From Wickerhamiella versatilis (lineage: Eukaryota), in the NCBI GenBank assembly GCA_030867685.1, contig JAQOWU010000007.1, positions 1,736,001-1,800,000 on the forward strand: DNA of 64,000 nt. The letters run 5' to 3'. Under the pieces are notes generated by a model. That model was not told where the DNA came from and made no database searches. It worked only from the letters and a program-made list of their open reading frames with translations. Positions within the stretch are counted from its first letter, which is position 1. Each line of letters begins with the position of its first letter. The position numbers were made by a program, and so were the translations under genes. Of this stretch, positions 28,467 to 38,512 are shown piece by piece.

Positions 28467-30422
28467 ATGTCGAGTGAGCCTGACCTTGAGAAGACTTATT
28501 CGCCCCCATCGCCTCCCGAGAGTGTTCGTGAGGGATCAGATGGATCGGGCACAATTGGAAGATTCGAGAAAAAAGGTCTAACCTCAGGCAAGCGCTATGA
28601 CCGCTGGTACGATGCCTTCAAGCCAGCGAGTTTTAAGCAACCGACTGATGATGAGCTACCTTTTGATACAGAAGGTTTAACGAAGCGCGAAATATTGCTG
28701 GAGCGACTTTCGAGGTCATCACCTCCGTTGTCAAGGCGTCACTTGATTGTCATTACTGCGTCTGCTTGTGTCGGAACGGGTTTGTTTATTGGTACCGGTA
28801 GTACGCTAAACACCGGTGGTCCCGCCGCTCTTCTCATTGGATTTGCTGTGGTGGGTATCGGGATGTTGTTGACGATGCAGACCACTGCCGAGCTCGGTCT
28901 CCGCTACCCAACGGTAAGCCCGTTCAGCGAGCTGACCACCAAATTCGTCGATAACTCCTGGGGTTTCACGATTGGATGGATTTACTTTGCCACATGGATG
29001 GTTACTGCCCCGCTCGAAATGATCGCAGCAGGTATGTTATCGCAGTTTCCGTGGTGGCAGCAGAATCCTGAGCCTCCGGGAAATCCGCCAACTGGTGGTG
29101 CGGGAGTGAACCCAGTTGCCTGGGTAGCTATAATTTATGTTGTTGAGGTAAGTATTCACCTCTTTGGTGGCTCTCGTGGCTACGCAGAGGCCGAGTTCGC
29201 AATTGGTTGCATCAAAGTCTCTGCAACTATTGCGTGGATCTTCTATGCTGTAATTTATAACTGCGGAGGTATTCCAGGTTGGACCAACAATGGATATTAC
29301 ACGGACCCCACGGACGCTAGCACGTTCACGAGGTATGTCGGAAATGACCCTTATTTTGATCATCACACCTATATAGGAGGTCACTACTGGGTAACAAATC
29401 CAGGTCCATTCCTTAATGCTTTTAAAGGTGTTGCGACGGTAATGGTGTCTGCGGCATTCGCCTACGGTGGTACAGAGGTCACTGGTCTCGCTGCCGCTGA
29501 GACAGCCAACCCCTTACGAGCCATCCCGTCTTCAACTCGACAGACTGCTTGGCGTATCGTGATTTTCTTCGGTGTTGCTATCGTTCTCTGCGGGCTAAAT
29601 GTGCCGTACGATGACCATAATATTGGGAGTGGTGGTGAAGGATCTGGATCCATTTTTGTCGCAATGTTGATGAGGGCTGGGACACATGCACTCCCATCTC
29701 TGATGAATGCTGTGATTATGTTCTCTGTCTTCGGTGTTGCAAATGCAGCTCTCTATGCCGGAGCTCGTTGCATGGTTGCACTTGTAGTTTCAGGTTACGC
29801 CCCTATGTGGAAGTATCTGAACTGTGGATACATCGATCGCCACGGACGGCCACTTGTTGCGCAGTTGATCATGGGAATCTTCTCTCTTCTCTGTTTTGTC
29901 TGCGCCAGTGATCAGTACAATGAAGTATTCAACTGGCTGTATGCCTTCGTTGAGCTGGGTTTCCTCTATGTTTGGTCGGCGATTTGTTTTGCCCACATCA
30001 AGTTCCGGCTAGCGATGCGCCGCCAGGGCAGATCTCTCGACGAACTCGCCTTTAAGGCACCTCTAGGTGTCCCTGGATCTATCATAGCGGGTGGAATTTG
30101 GGTCTTCATTTTCGGTATTAACTTCTGGACCGCAGCTGCCCCGGCCCTGGCAAAAGGTGCAGAGCAACTCTCGACGCAAAGGCGTGCCATCACTTTCTTC
30201 CAGCAGGACTTGTCAGTACCAATGGTCATGATTGTATATATCGGACATAAGATCTACTCGAAGCGTACTACGGGCAAATGGGGATTTGTTGGTTTCGATG
30301 ACATTGACCTTGATGAAGGTGTACGAGACCTGGATTGGGATATGGTTGAGCAGGAGGAAGCAGATGCGAAACAGAGAGCGAAGAAGAATTTCTTCATTCG
30401 CCTTGGGCATATCTTTTGCTAA
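28467..30422 (+). CDS. Amino-acid permease (APC/YAT family), tandem copy 1
   Basis: LSRRHL..I....VGTGLFIG.G, GGPA, YAEAEF, AAFAYGGTE, ETANP.RAIP, GRP, DIDLD, C-terminal IFC. Confidence 0.95.
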   Translation: MSSEPDLEKTYSPPSPPESVREGSDGSGTIGRFEKKGLTSGKRYDRWYDAFKPASFKQPTDDELPFDTEGLTKREILLERLSRSSPPLSRRHLIVITASACVGTGLFIGTGSTLNTGGPAALLIGFAVVGIGMLLTMQTTAELGLRYPTVSPFSELTTKFVDNSWGFTIGWIYFATWMVTAPLEMIAAGMLSQFPWWQQNPEPPGNPPTGGAGVNPVAWVAIIYVVEVSIHLFGGSRGYAEAEFAIGCIKVSATIAWIFYAVIYNCGGIPGWTNNGYYTDPTDASTFTRYVGNDPYFDHHTYIGGHYWVTNPGPFLNAFKGVATVMVSAAFAYGGTEVTGLAAAETANPLRAIPSSTRQTAWRIVIFFGVAIVLCGLNVPYDDHNIGSGGEGSGSIFVAMLMRAGTHALPSLMNAVIMFSVFGVANAALYAGARCMVALVVSGYAPMWKYLNCGYIDRHGRPLVAQLIMGIFSLLCFVCASDQYNEVFNWLYAFVELGFLYVWSAICFAHIKFRLAMRRQGRSLDELAFKAPLGVPGSIIAGGIWVFIFGINFWTAAAPALAKGAEQLSTQRRAITFFQQDLSVPMVMIVYIGHKIYSKRTTGKWGFVGFDDIDLDEGVRDLDWDMVEQEEADAKQRAKKNFFIRLGHIFC

Positions 30423-30675
30423 AATCGTAACTCACAATCAACCTAATAGTCTCTTAGTTTTTACAAAATAGAGTTATGAATAATCTTATGATTAACTTAC
30501 AATTTATTAACCTCAGTTAATTCAAAAACCAACCGTGTTGGGTTGAGGGGAAGTCATCCTTCAGCGCTTATGCTGATGTAATGGTATTGCGACCCGCGCC
30601 AGAGATAACGAATTTGAGTCATCAACATATCTAAGTTGGTGCACATCTGAGTTCCTCAGAAACTCTCACAGAAAA

Positions 30676-32607
30676 ATGCCGGAGGAGGTTGATAAAGAAA
30701 AACTTCAGAGCTCTTTGCCGGACCAAAAGTATGATGCGAGTGACTATGATAATGCCTCAGTCTTGGACACCTCTCTTCCCCACAGGCCTTGGTACGATAT
30801 CTTCAATCCGAAAGGATTCAAGCGCCCGCCTGACAATGAATTAGGTTTTGATACTACAGGTCTCTCACGAGCTGAGATATCTCTTGAGCAGATGTCTAGA
30901 GCTGCACCAGCCTTATCTCAGCGTCATCTCATTATAATCACAGCAACTGCTGGCATAGGTACTGGTCTTTTCGTTGGATCAGGCACCGCATTGAAGGAGG
31001 GCGGCCCAGCAGGCCTCATAATAGCGTACGGATTGTTAAGTATTAGCCTTTTGAGCATGATGCTGGGAATTGCTGAAATGGCTCTCCGGTACCCTACTGT
31101 GAGCCCATTCAACGAGCTTACTGCCCGTTTTATTGATCCCTCCTTGGGGTTCGCCATAGGCTGGATTTTCATGGCTGCCTGGCTGGTTACAGCTCCCCTG
31201 GAAATCATTGTATCTGCTGAGTTAACCCGATTTTGGAAAAGTGACGACAATCCAGCTGCTCAAGTAAATCCCGTTGCTTGGGTCTCTTTGATCTATGTAT
31301 TCGACGTTTTTATCCAGATCTATGGTGGTACCCGGGCTTACGGTGAGCTAGAATTTTTTGTGGGCTTCTTAAAGCTTTTTTCAGTCGTCGCTTTTATTAT
31401 TTTTACCATAATTCATGTTGCTGGTGGCATTCCGGGTGCTGAACACTCGCATGTGTATGACCTCATTCTGATGTCGAACCAGACCTTAGCCACACAGATT
31501 GCGGACAATAAGACCCTAGCCAATGGTACCTCGATTGAAACCTGGGTAAAGGAAACTCTGGTTCCCAATGATTATTTTTCATCGCACAAGTATATTGGAG
31601 GTCACTATTTTTTCGAGCCTGGAGCATTCGCAACCAGTTTCAAAGGTGTCATCGGAGCTTTGATTTCGGCTGCCTTCGCGTTTGGTGGAACTGAAATTGC
31701 TGCACTAGCTTCTGTAGAAACTGCTAACCCAGTTCGGGTGATCCCCTCAACTACAAGACAGACTTTTTGGAGGCTTATGCTTTTCTTCATCACTGCAGTA
31801 ATCCTCATAGGATTGAGTGTGCCCAGTTCTATTGATGGGCTTGGGAGCTCTAACGATGGTACAGGATCTCCATTTATAATCTCATTGCAGAGAAGTTTTG
31901 TGTACGCTACCCCCTCTCTATTCAATTCGCTTATTCTTTGCTCGGTTATTGGAGTTTCTAATGCGGCTATCTATTCATGTACCCGCCTACTGGTTGGTTT
32001 GTCAATTAGTGGTATGGGTCCCAGTTGGCTCTCCTATATTGATAGGCACGGTCGCCCGATCTTTGCGAAACTTGCCGTATTAACATTCACTCTACTATGT
32101 TTTGTTTGTGCAAGTGACAAATACAATGATGTCTTCAATTGGTTGTATGCCTTCGGAGCTCTAGGTTGGGTGTATTTGTGGGCAACATTACCTATAGTGC
32201 ATATCATGTTCCGGATTGCAATGAAACTGCAAGGAAGGTCCACTTCGGAATTGTTATACAAGTCACCATTAGGTGTCGCTGGTTCTGCTGTTGGATCAGC
32301 AATCTCTATTTTCGTTCTTGTGATGCAGTTTTGGACATCAGGGGCACCTATTGGCGGTAGTTCCGATGCGGCTGAATACTTTTTCCAGCAAGACTTGTCC
32401 GTACCGTGTGTGATTGCTTTGTTCGTGGGACATAAGATTTACTTGAAGAAGACCACTGGTTCTTGGGGCTTCATTAACCTGAAAACAATGGACCTTGATG
32501 CTGGTGTTCGCGACTTAGACATGGATATGGTAGAGCATGAGGAATTAATGGCACGTGAAAGAGCCAGAAAAAATTTCCTGATTCGCCTCGGGCATATATT
32601 CTGCTAG
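30676..32607 (+). CDS. Amino-acid permease (APC/YAT family), tandem copy 2
   Basis: Same motifs; clearly paralogous to copy 1 (shared VNPVAWV, YIGGHY, FFQQDLSVP, KNFxIRLGHIFC). Confidence 0.95.
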   Translation: MPEEVDKEKLQSSLPDQKYDASDYDNASVLDTSLPHRPWYDIFNPKGFKRPPDNELGFDTTGLSRAEISLEQMSRAAPALSQRHLIIITATAGIGTGLFVGSGTALKEGGPAGLIIAYGLLSISLLSMMLGIAEMALRYPTVSPFNELTARFIDPSLGFAIGWIFMAAWLVTAPLEIIVSAELTRFWKSDDNPAAQVNPVAWVSLIYVFDVFIQIYGGTRAYGELEFFVGFLKLFSVVAFIIFTIIHVAGGIPGAEHSHVYDLILMSNQTLATQIADNKTLANGTSIETWVKETLVPNDYFSSHKYIGGHYFFEPGAFATSFKGVIGALISAAFAFGGTEIAALASVETANPVRVIPSTTRQTFWRLMLFFITAVILIGLSVPSSIDGLGSSNDGTGSPFIISLQRSFVYATPSLFNSLILCSVIGVSNAAIYSCTRLLVGLSISGMGPSWLSYIDRHGRPIFAKLAVLTFTLLCFVCASDKYNDVFNWLYAFGALGWVYLWATLPIVHIMFRIAMKLQGRSTSELLYKSPLGVAGSAVGSAISIFVLVMQFWTSGAPIGGSSDAAEYFFQQDLSVPCVIALFVGHKIYLKKTTGSWGFINLKTMDLDAGVRDLDMDMVEHEELMARERARKNFLIRLGHIFC

Positions 32608-32720
32608 TTGGCCGCGCGACCTAGGGTGAGCTACTCTATCTTTTCCAACTTTCATTTCAAGACTTATAGCTCAACTTAGCTTTTATGTATCGTGAATTAT
32701 AGTAAAATTCGTATATAGAT

Positions 32721-33398
32721 TTACAAATTTGCAGAGTTCCGAGATAAGGAATGCTCCCAGCAATTGGCGCACATGCAACCATCCCCACACTCACATTTTC
32801 CTGGTATTACGCACTGAGGTGCATAAGTTAGTTCAACATCATTAGGCCAGAGATCATTTGTCTCATGCTGTAGAGTTGCTGGATCAAAATTCATGGGTGC
32901 AATTACCATGGGTCCTCCCGTAGGCGCCAGAGATGGGTCGATATAAGGCAGTAGTGCTTCTTCTTCACCCTGGCCATTGGCAACTTGCGGGTCATTTTCC
33001 TCGCCAGCATTTAGCTGCTCCTGCTGCTCTTGTTTATATTGCTGTTCTTGTTTCTGACGATATTCTCGTTTGTATAGGCCATCACCCACTGGAATAAATA
33101 TATACTTCTCTGTAAGAACCACTTCATCTTCTAATTCAGACGAATCACGCCCCTTGCTTTCTTCCGATTTCAGCTCGACTATACTGTAGTCTCTAGGGCT
33201 GAAAGTCCCTTGCGGCGATGGCATTGGTGAGGCAGACATCTCTCGTTTCGGAACCATGGCAATCCTACGACCTACACCTGTTCTTCTTCCCCTTCGCCGA
33301 ACTTGTAAAAGAACTCTATCAGTATGATCGCAACTTGAAGACCTATGGCCACGTATGCAATTTACACAGGCATATTTCCTGCCATCATAGTTGATCAT
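32721..33398 (-). CDS. MAC1: Copper-fist transcription factor, Mac1/Cuf1-like
   Basis: KYACVNCIRGHRSSSCDH..R.L..VRRRGR copper fist; C-terminal CECGDGCMCANCWEH (CxCx3CxCx2Cx2H) copper-sensing motif. Confidence 0.8.
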   Translation of the reverse strand: MINYDGRKYACVNCIRGHRSSSCDHTDRVLLQVRRRGRRTGVGRRIAMVPKREMSASPMPSPQGTFSPRDYSIVELKSEESKGRDSSELEDEVVLTEKYIFIPVGDGLYKREYRQKQEQQYKQEQQEQLNAGEENDPQVANGQGEEEALLPYIDPSLAPTGGPMVIAPMNFDPATLQHETNDLWPNDVELTYAPQCVIPGKCECGDGCMCANCWEHSLSRNSANL

Positions 33399-33756
33399 TT
33401 CACACTCAATGAATTAGTCAGAGTAGAGTGAAATAATGGTTACCAATGTAAAAATGAGTGTTAAGAGACCTATTAATTGTTGAAATCGTCTGAAAAAGAG
33501 TTGATGAACCTTCTAGGCTATCTTAAAATATGATATCCATAAAAGAACCGCAGCGTAACCATATACGAAATGCTAGGTGGAGAGGAACAATGGATGGTTC
33601 GGGAATCTCGGCTCGTGAATAAACACATATTATTGGTTTGAAACTATTTGTCTAGACCCACATTCCAGAACTTTTAACATTTTGTCCTAAAACCACATAT
33701 CAGGTCACATATTGCTAAGTAATCATAGGTTGGTCCTCGCAGTACAGAGTACCATA

Positions 33757-34278
33757 ATGTCACGCAAAGGGAAGCAGTCGAGTACGGCCGTACGACGCCT
33801 AATGACTGAATATCGCCAGCTTACCAAGGATCCTCCTGAAGGTATCAGTGCTGGGCCCCAAAATGAAGACGACTTCCTGGTGTGGGATTGCCTTCTCGCT
33901 GGCCCCAAAGATACATGTTATGAGGGGGGTGTATTTAGTGCAACATTGGAGTTTCCGTCGGATTATCCACTTAACCCACCTAAAATGAAGTTCTCGTCGC
34001 CAATCTTCCATCCTAATGTATACAAAGACGGAACTGTTTGCATCTCAATTCTTCATCCTCCTGGTGACGATCCTAACATGTACGAATCGGCTGCAGAACG
34101 ATGGAGCCCAATCCAAAGTGTTGAAAAAATCCTCATTAGTGTAATAAGTATGCTTGCAGAGCCCAACGCGGAATCGGGAGCTAATATTGATGCATCCAAG
34201 ATGTGGCGTGACAACCCAGAGGAATTCAAGCGTCTTGTGAGGCAGCAAATCCTCCAAAGCTTAGACCTTAGAGATTAG
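33757..34278 (+). CDS. UBC7: Ubiquitin-conjugating enzyme E2 (ERAD)
   Basis: [42 protein letters not shown]. First ATG at 33757. Confidence 0.96.
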   Translation: MSRKGKQSSTAVRRLMTEYRQLTKDPPEGISAGPQNEDDFLVWDCLLAGPKDTCYEGGVFSATLEFPSDYPLNPPKMKFSSPIFHPNVYKDGTVCISILHPPGDDPNMYESAAERWSPIQSVEKILISVISMLAEPNAESGANIDASKMWRDNPEEFKRLVRQQILQSLDLRD

Positions 34279-34510
34279 GCAATCTACGTGGTATAATGAA
34301 TATACCAGGAAAGTATTCGTAGGAACCACTCCGTAAGATAAATGAAGGAGCCGCAGGTTTATTACCCTGTCCTGTTAATTTTCCTTCTCCCTAGTTTTTT
34401 TTTCTCATTAATTTCTAACCGATAAATTCCTTTTATCAAGTAGTACAGTGTTTTTTTTTCTAGAAAATGCGAGCTACTAACCCTTAGAGTGGGTTATCTC
34501 CGTAGACCTC

Positions 34511-34912
34511 TTAATTTTCAGCTTCTACCTCTTTACTTAGAATGTATTCAATGATACCTTCTTGGCTTGCCGCATGAGCTTGATAAATAGAGTCAATACC
34601 GGCTTTGTTGACCTGGTGAGGGTCTGCGCCCGCCTCCACGAGCAGCTTCACGCAGTCCAATGATCCAGTGAGGGCCGCCCAGTGGAGTGGGGTATTTCCC
34701 GACGAGTTTGGAAGACTAGCCAGGTCCGAGTTTTCACTCAGGATTAATTTCAAAATGTCTGCATGCCCGTTCGCGGCAGCCAAGTGAGCTGCTGTGCTCT
34801 CACTTAAGTTGTCCTTCGTATTTACGAGGCCCTTATTCTGCGACAAAATAGTCTCAAAGGCCTTGAAATCGCCTTCCCTGGCCGCTGCCAGCAGATCGGA
34901 TCCAGAGCTCAT
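34511..34912 (-). CDS. YAR1: Small ankyrin-repeat protein, Yar1-like
   Basis: AAREGD, TAAHLAAANGH, NSSGNTPLHWAALTG..CVKLLVEAGADP. Confidence 0.75.
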   Translation of the reverse strand: MSSGSDLLAAAREGDFKAFETILSQNKGLVNTKDNLSESTAAHLAAANGHADILKLILSENSDLASLPNSSGNTPLHWAALTGSLDCVKLLVEAGADPHQVNKAGIDSIYQAHAASQEGIIEYILSKEVEAEN

Positions 34913-34948
34913 GTAAGGTATGACGCAATAATTGGCATCATTACTCTC

Positions 34949-37297
34949 ATGGAAGAAGCTCTGGCCAGGGCTCGGGTTTGGCTACCAAAAGAGCCTTCTA
35001 GCATAACTTATGAAAATGTGGAGACAGCTTTCACATTGCTTGAATCCATTCAGCAAGCGTCAGGTGGAGCCAGGGAGGAAGTGCTCTCCGTCCCGCTTGA
35101 AGACATGAAAATCTTAAGTCAACTCATGAAAATAATTGTTGTTTTCGGTCTGTGGCCAAGAATGGATCCACTTACTATTCCTTCTCCTAATGAACGGTCT
35201 AATTGGCCTGTTCCTCCGGCAAAATCAACGGATGGGCTCAAACCTCTGGTGCACAGACTTAATCAAGTTATCAGTAGAAGAGACGACATCAGTGACATTT
35301 TGCTTATATCCCCCTTTCTTCTGGATATTCTTGCGGCCAGTGTTTATTTCGAAGATGAATTTATGTCTTTGACGAAGCTAGTGCCGACTTATCGCTTATA
35401 CCAACTGCTCACCAAACTCATACCTAGCATTTCATGGTTTCACAAGCGGGTGACCAACAAGCTTTCTAGGCTTCCTGTCGAAAGGCCGGATTCGTTGAGG
35501 TGCTTGTTGGAATTTGTTACGGGCTTCCGAGACAGGGAAACATTTGAGCTTGGGCATCTCGATAAAGCAGTTGCCGCGCTCGCAGCGTTTCCCAGTGGAG
35601 TTCCTCCGAAGGAATACGTCGATGCTGTTGGATCACAGTTATATAGTATTCTGTCTTCCACAAAATTGCCAGAAGACCTCGCCTCCTCTGCTGGAATGTT
35701 AAGTGGCCTGGTAGCTGACTTCCGCCCACCATTAGTCGGACCTCTAAGAGATCGCATAGTAGATCCATTCTTCAATGAAAATTGCTCTGTTGAACCGTCG
35801 TTGATCGCATTATCGAGGTTGCCTACGGAAAACTCTTTTTTCCACTACTTGTCGAATCACTTGATAGTTGCGGTGTGGCTACTTGTCAATTGGCTGCAGT
35901 CTCACAATATTCCAAATAGTTCTACCCTGAATCTCATTAGAAACATGCTGAAATGGGATAGCGCGGTAGACCTACTCATATCTTCGATTGACAACCAAAC
36001 ATGGTTTAAGCATCTTGGCTGGACTTCTTCAAATGGCTTGATTGTGGTATCAGATACCGTTTTCACGAAAGTATCGTCGGCTGAGCGTCTAGATTTATTT
36101 ATTACCCTCCTGGCTAAATCACAGGACAGCGTTGTAACAAAAGTATTTGTGCGACTCATACACATGTATCCCTCGTCAAACCCGGAGGTAGCACTTCAGC
36201 AAGCTCGTATTTTGGAGCGAATTGGTACTGAACTGAAAGATAAGCTGTTTGGTGATCGCATGGCAATAGTGGATTTGTGTTCGAGTCTCCTCCAAAGGCC
36301 ACATCAGTCTTTAGATGTGACACCAGCAGAGGACTCCGATGATGATGATGATTCCGATGGTGATGAAGATTACACTCTAGAGGAGCTAAGTCTCAATTTA
36401 TTGAGTGGTTTGTTGATGGAGGGTGCTGTTGACGAAGTTACAACCCAGCGCGATCTACTCAAACAGAAAGCACGTTCCCCGGTCAAACAAATACGTGAAA
36501 AGGCCACATATTGTCTGACTCTTCTTGAAAGTCTGCAGCATGGTTCTGTAGACACTCCTGTGGCACCCAACCTTCTCGAAGCTGCTAAAGGTGCACTCCA
36601 GGACCCTTTGGTACCGGCAAGAGCGCATGGACTTCATATGGTTGGGGAACTTGTGAGAAGAAAAGAAATTTCAGTGGACAATGCTATGGATGTCTACTTG
36701 AAGGAACTCTGCGATGACGACTCTTTTATCTATTTGAACGCAATTAAAGGAATTCAGGTCTGCGCGAATCAAGACCCCGCAGAGGTAGTAAAACGACTCC
36801 TTACAAAATCTGATGCTGTTGAAACTACTCTTCGCAAGCGTGAAGCATTGACACGGGTCATTCAGCAGTCACCAGAGGGTGCGCTTGGCACTAGCACTTT
36901 ACAATTGATAACAAACACCCTGCTGGCCGACATCCGTGTCACTTCACATAGCGATATAAGGCTTCGTGTATCTGCTGTGTCACTTTTGGGGTGGTTAGTG
37001 AGTAGTTCCCCACATTCTCTCACCAGTACTCAGGAGAGTGATGCAGTGGATTGCGCCATTGGAATTCTTAGGCATGAAACCCTGGTTACAGATGAGCTAG
37101 GTGCTGCTTTGAGAAGAGGTGCAGTTGTACTCGCGCTCGAAATCAGTAACGTATTAGCTGAAGGTGGTTTCCAAAATATTTCATCTTCCGAGCGCAGTTC
37201 ACTGATCACCATCCTGGATTCAGTTGCATCAAATGACGATGACGAAATAGTACGCGAACATGCTCTGACTACTTTGAGAGGTTTGCGCATTAATTAG
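34949..37297 (+). CDS. RTP1: HEAT/ARM protein Rtp1 (TANGO6 family), RNA Pol II assembly/import
   Basis: LQDPLVPARAHGL, L.DDDSFIYLNAIKG, DIRLRVSAVSLLG, LRRGAVVL, DDDEIVREHA. Confidence 0.85.
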   Translation: MEEALARARVWLPKEPSSITYENVETAFTLLESIQQASGGAREEVLSVPLEDMKILSQLMKIIVVFGLWPRMDPLTIPSPNERSNWPVPPAKSTDGLKPLVHRLNQVISRRDDISDILLISPFLLDILAASVYFEDEFMSLTKLVPTYRLYQLLTKLIPSISWFHKRVTNKLSRLPVERPDSLRCLLEFVTGFRDRETFELGHLDKAVAALAAFPSGVPPKEYVDAVGSQLYSILSSTKLPEDLASSAGMLSGLVADFRPPLVGPLRDRIVDPFFNENCSVEPSLIALSRLPTENSFFHYLSNHLIVAVWLLVNWLQSHNIPNSSTLNLIRNMLKWDSAVDLLISSIDNQTWFKHLGWTSSNGLIVVSDTVFTKVSSAERLDLFITLLAKSQDSVVTKVFVRLIHMYPSSNPEVALQQARILERIGTELKDKLFGDRMAIVDLCSSLLQRPHQSLDVTPAEDSDDDDDSDGDEDYTLEELSLNLLSGLLMEGAVDEVTTQRDLLKQKARSPVKQIREKATYCLTLLESLQHGSVDTPVAPNLLEAAKGALQDPLVPARAHGLHMVGELVRRKEISVDNAMDVYLKELCDDDSFIYLNAIKGIQVCANQDPAEVVKRLLTKSDAVETTLRKREALTRVIQQSPEGALGTSTLQLITNTLLADIRVTSHSDIRLRVSAVSLLGWLVSSSPHSLTSTQESDAVDCAIGILRHETLVTDELGAALRRGAVVLALEISNVLAEGGFQNISSSERSSLITILDSVASNDDDEIVREHALTTLRGLRIN

Positions 37298-37374
37298 TTC
37301 TGTGTGATATAATACTATAGAGTAATGTAAGCGTCTTTTAGACAAAAAAACTAGTATTTTGCTTGTTTTTCTAG

Positions 37375-37794
37375 CTATTTCAGATCATTGTGCAGCTTTT
37401 TTACAAGCCTCTCTCGTTTGCGTTTCTTAAATTGCTTTATATCGTGTTTGTTGGGTCGCTTGACATTTCTGGTATGAGCGCTTTCTTTTATCTCGTTTCC
37501 AGTATGCTCAATGAGAGTCCCTTGTTCATTAATTTTCTCATTTACAGGTGTATTAAGGAGTTCCTGGTATCGTCTTATCCTGTCAGCTTTCGACAACTTT
37601 AGAAACTCTGTATCATTTTTCAGAGTCTCGGCTAAGGACCCGCGTCCACTGTTGCCATCGGGGTGAGCTTTCTCTTCTTCTTTTTCTGGATCACCCCATA
37701 TCCTTATAACCGTTGCCCGGTCAACATCGGGCAATCTTTGGGGCGCAGGCCCCGGAGGAAGAGGCGGTAGCTGCGGCGGGTCTACCTCTCCCAT
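37375..37794 (-). CDS. Hypothetical protein, Pro-rich N-terminus and basic C-terminus (probably nuclear)
   Basis: 139-aa ATG ORF; PPLPPGP and KQFKKRKRER motifs. Confidence 0.6.
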   Translation of the reverse strand: MGEVDPPQLPPLPPGPAPQRLPDVDRATVIRIWGDPEKEEEKAHPDGNSGRGSLAETLKNDTEFLKLSKADRIRRYQELLNTPVNEKINEQGTLIEHTGNEIKESAHTRNVKRPNKHDIKQFKKRKRERLVKKLHNDLK

Positions 37795-38445
37795 AACACA
37801 TGATGCCCTAACCTTCTGTGGTATATTGGTTCCCCGGGATTTGAGTGTTACTTATTTGAAACATCTATAGTTATTGTGATATCTGTAACTTATCTATATT
37901 ATTCGTAAATCAATTTGTTGCATTGCATCAGGGGTTGAGATGTGAGAAGAATGATGTGAAATTGTGTTGTTAATTTTAGCTTTATATGCGATTGATTCTA
38001 TAGGATAAGAAAAGATAAACCGTCAATTAAAACACTACGATTGCTGCCATTTTAAACCAGAATGCACTATTGAAACGAGCTGATATTAAACAAATGCAAG
38101 TGCTAATTTAGAATATGAATAAGTTGAACAATTAAAAATCGAAAATAGATTGATTTTGAGTCATAGTATTACTGAAATGCGGGTAGGTTTATGATATGGA
38201 ATTCAGAAATAATCAGAAGGGAAGTGAGGTTAGAATATTGACGCGGTTCTGCCATGGAACTTCTAAGAACTTCCACATGACTAATACAATAATAGGCCAT
38301 ATGAGAGATTTGAGCAATAAAAGAGAATAAAAAATGTTGCAGACATACAAGAGAGAACATCAGTCTTAAATTTAAAGAAACAAAGCCAATACACATCGCC
38401 ACAGCAATAGAACAGCACATTATTTCGAATGCATGACTAATAAAA

Positions 38446-38479
38446 TTCTAGAAGATTTCGTCAATTTTCCGTTTATAAA
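38446..38479 (+). promoter_or_regulatory. Heat-shock element core and TATA box of HSP90
   Basis: TTCTAGAA at 38446-38453 and TATAAA at 38474-38479; further GAA/TTC repeats near 38256-38274. Confidence 0.6.
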
Positions 38480-38512
38480 GCGTGGGGGAACCCACATTTT
38501 GGTGAATACCTA

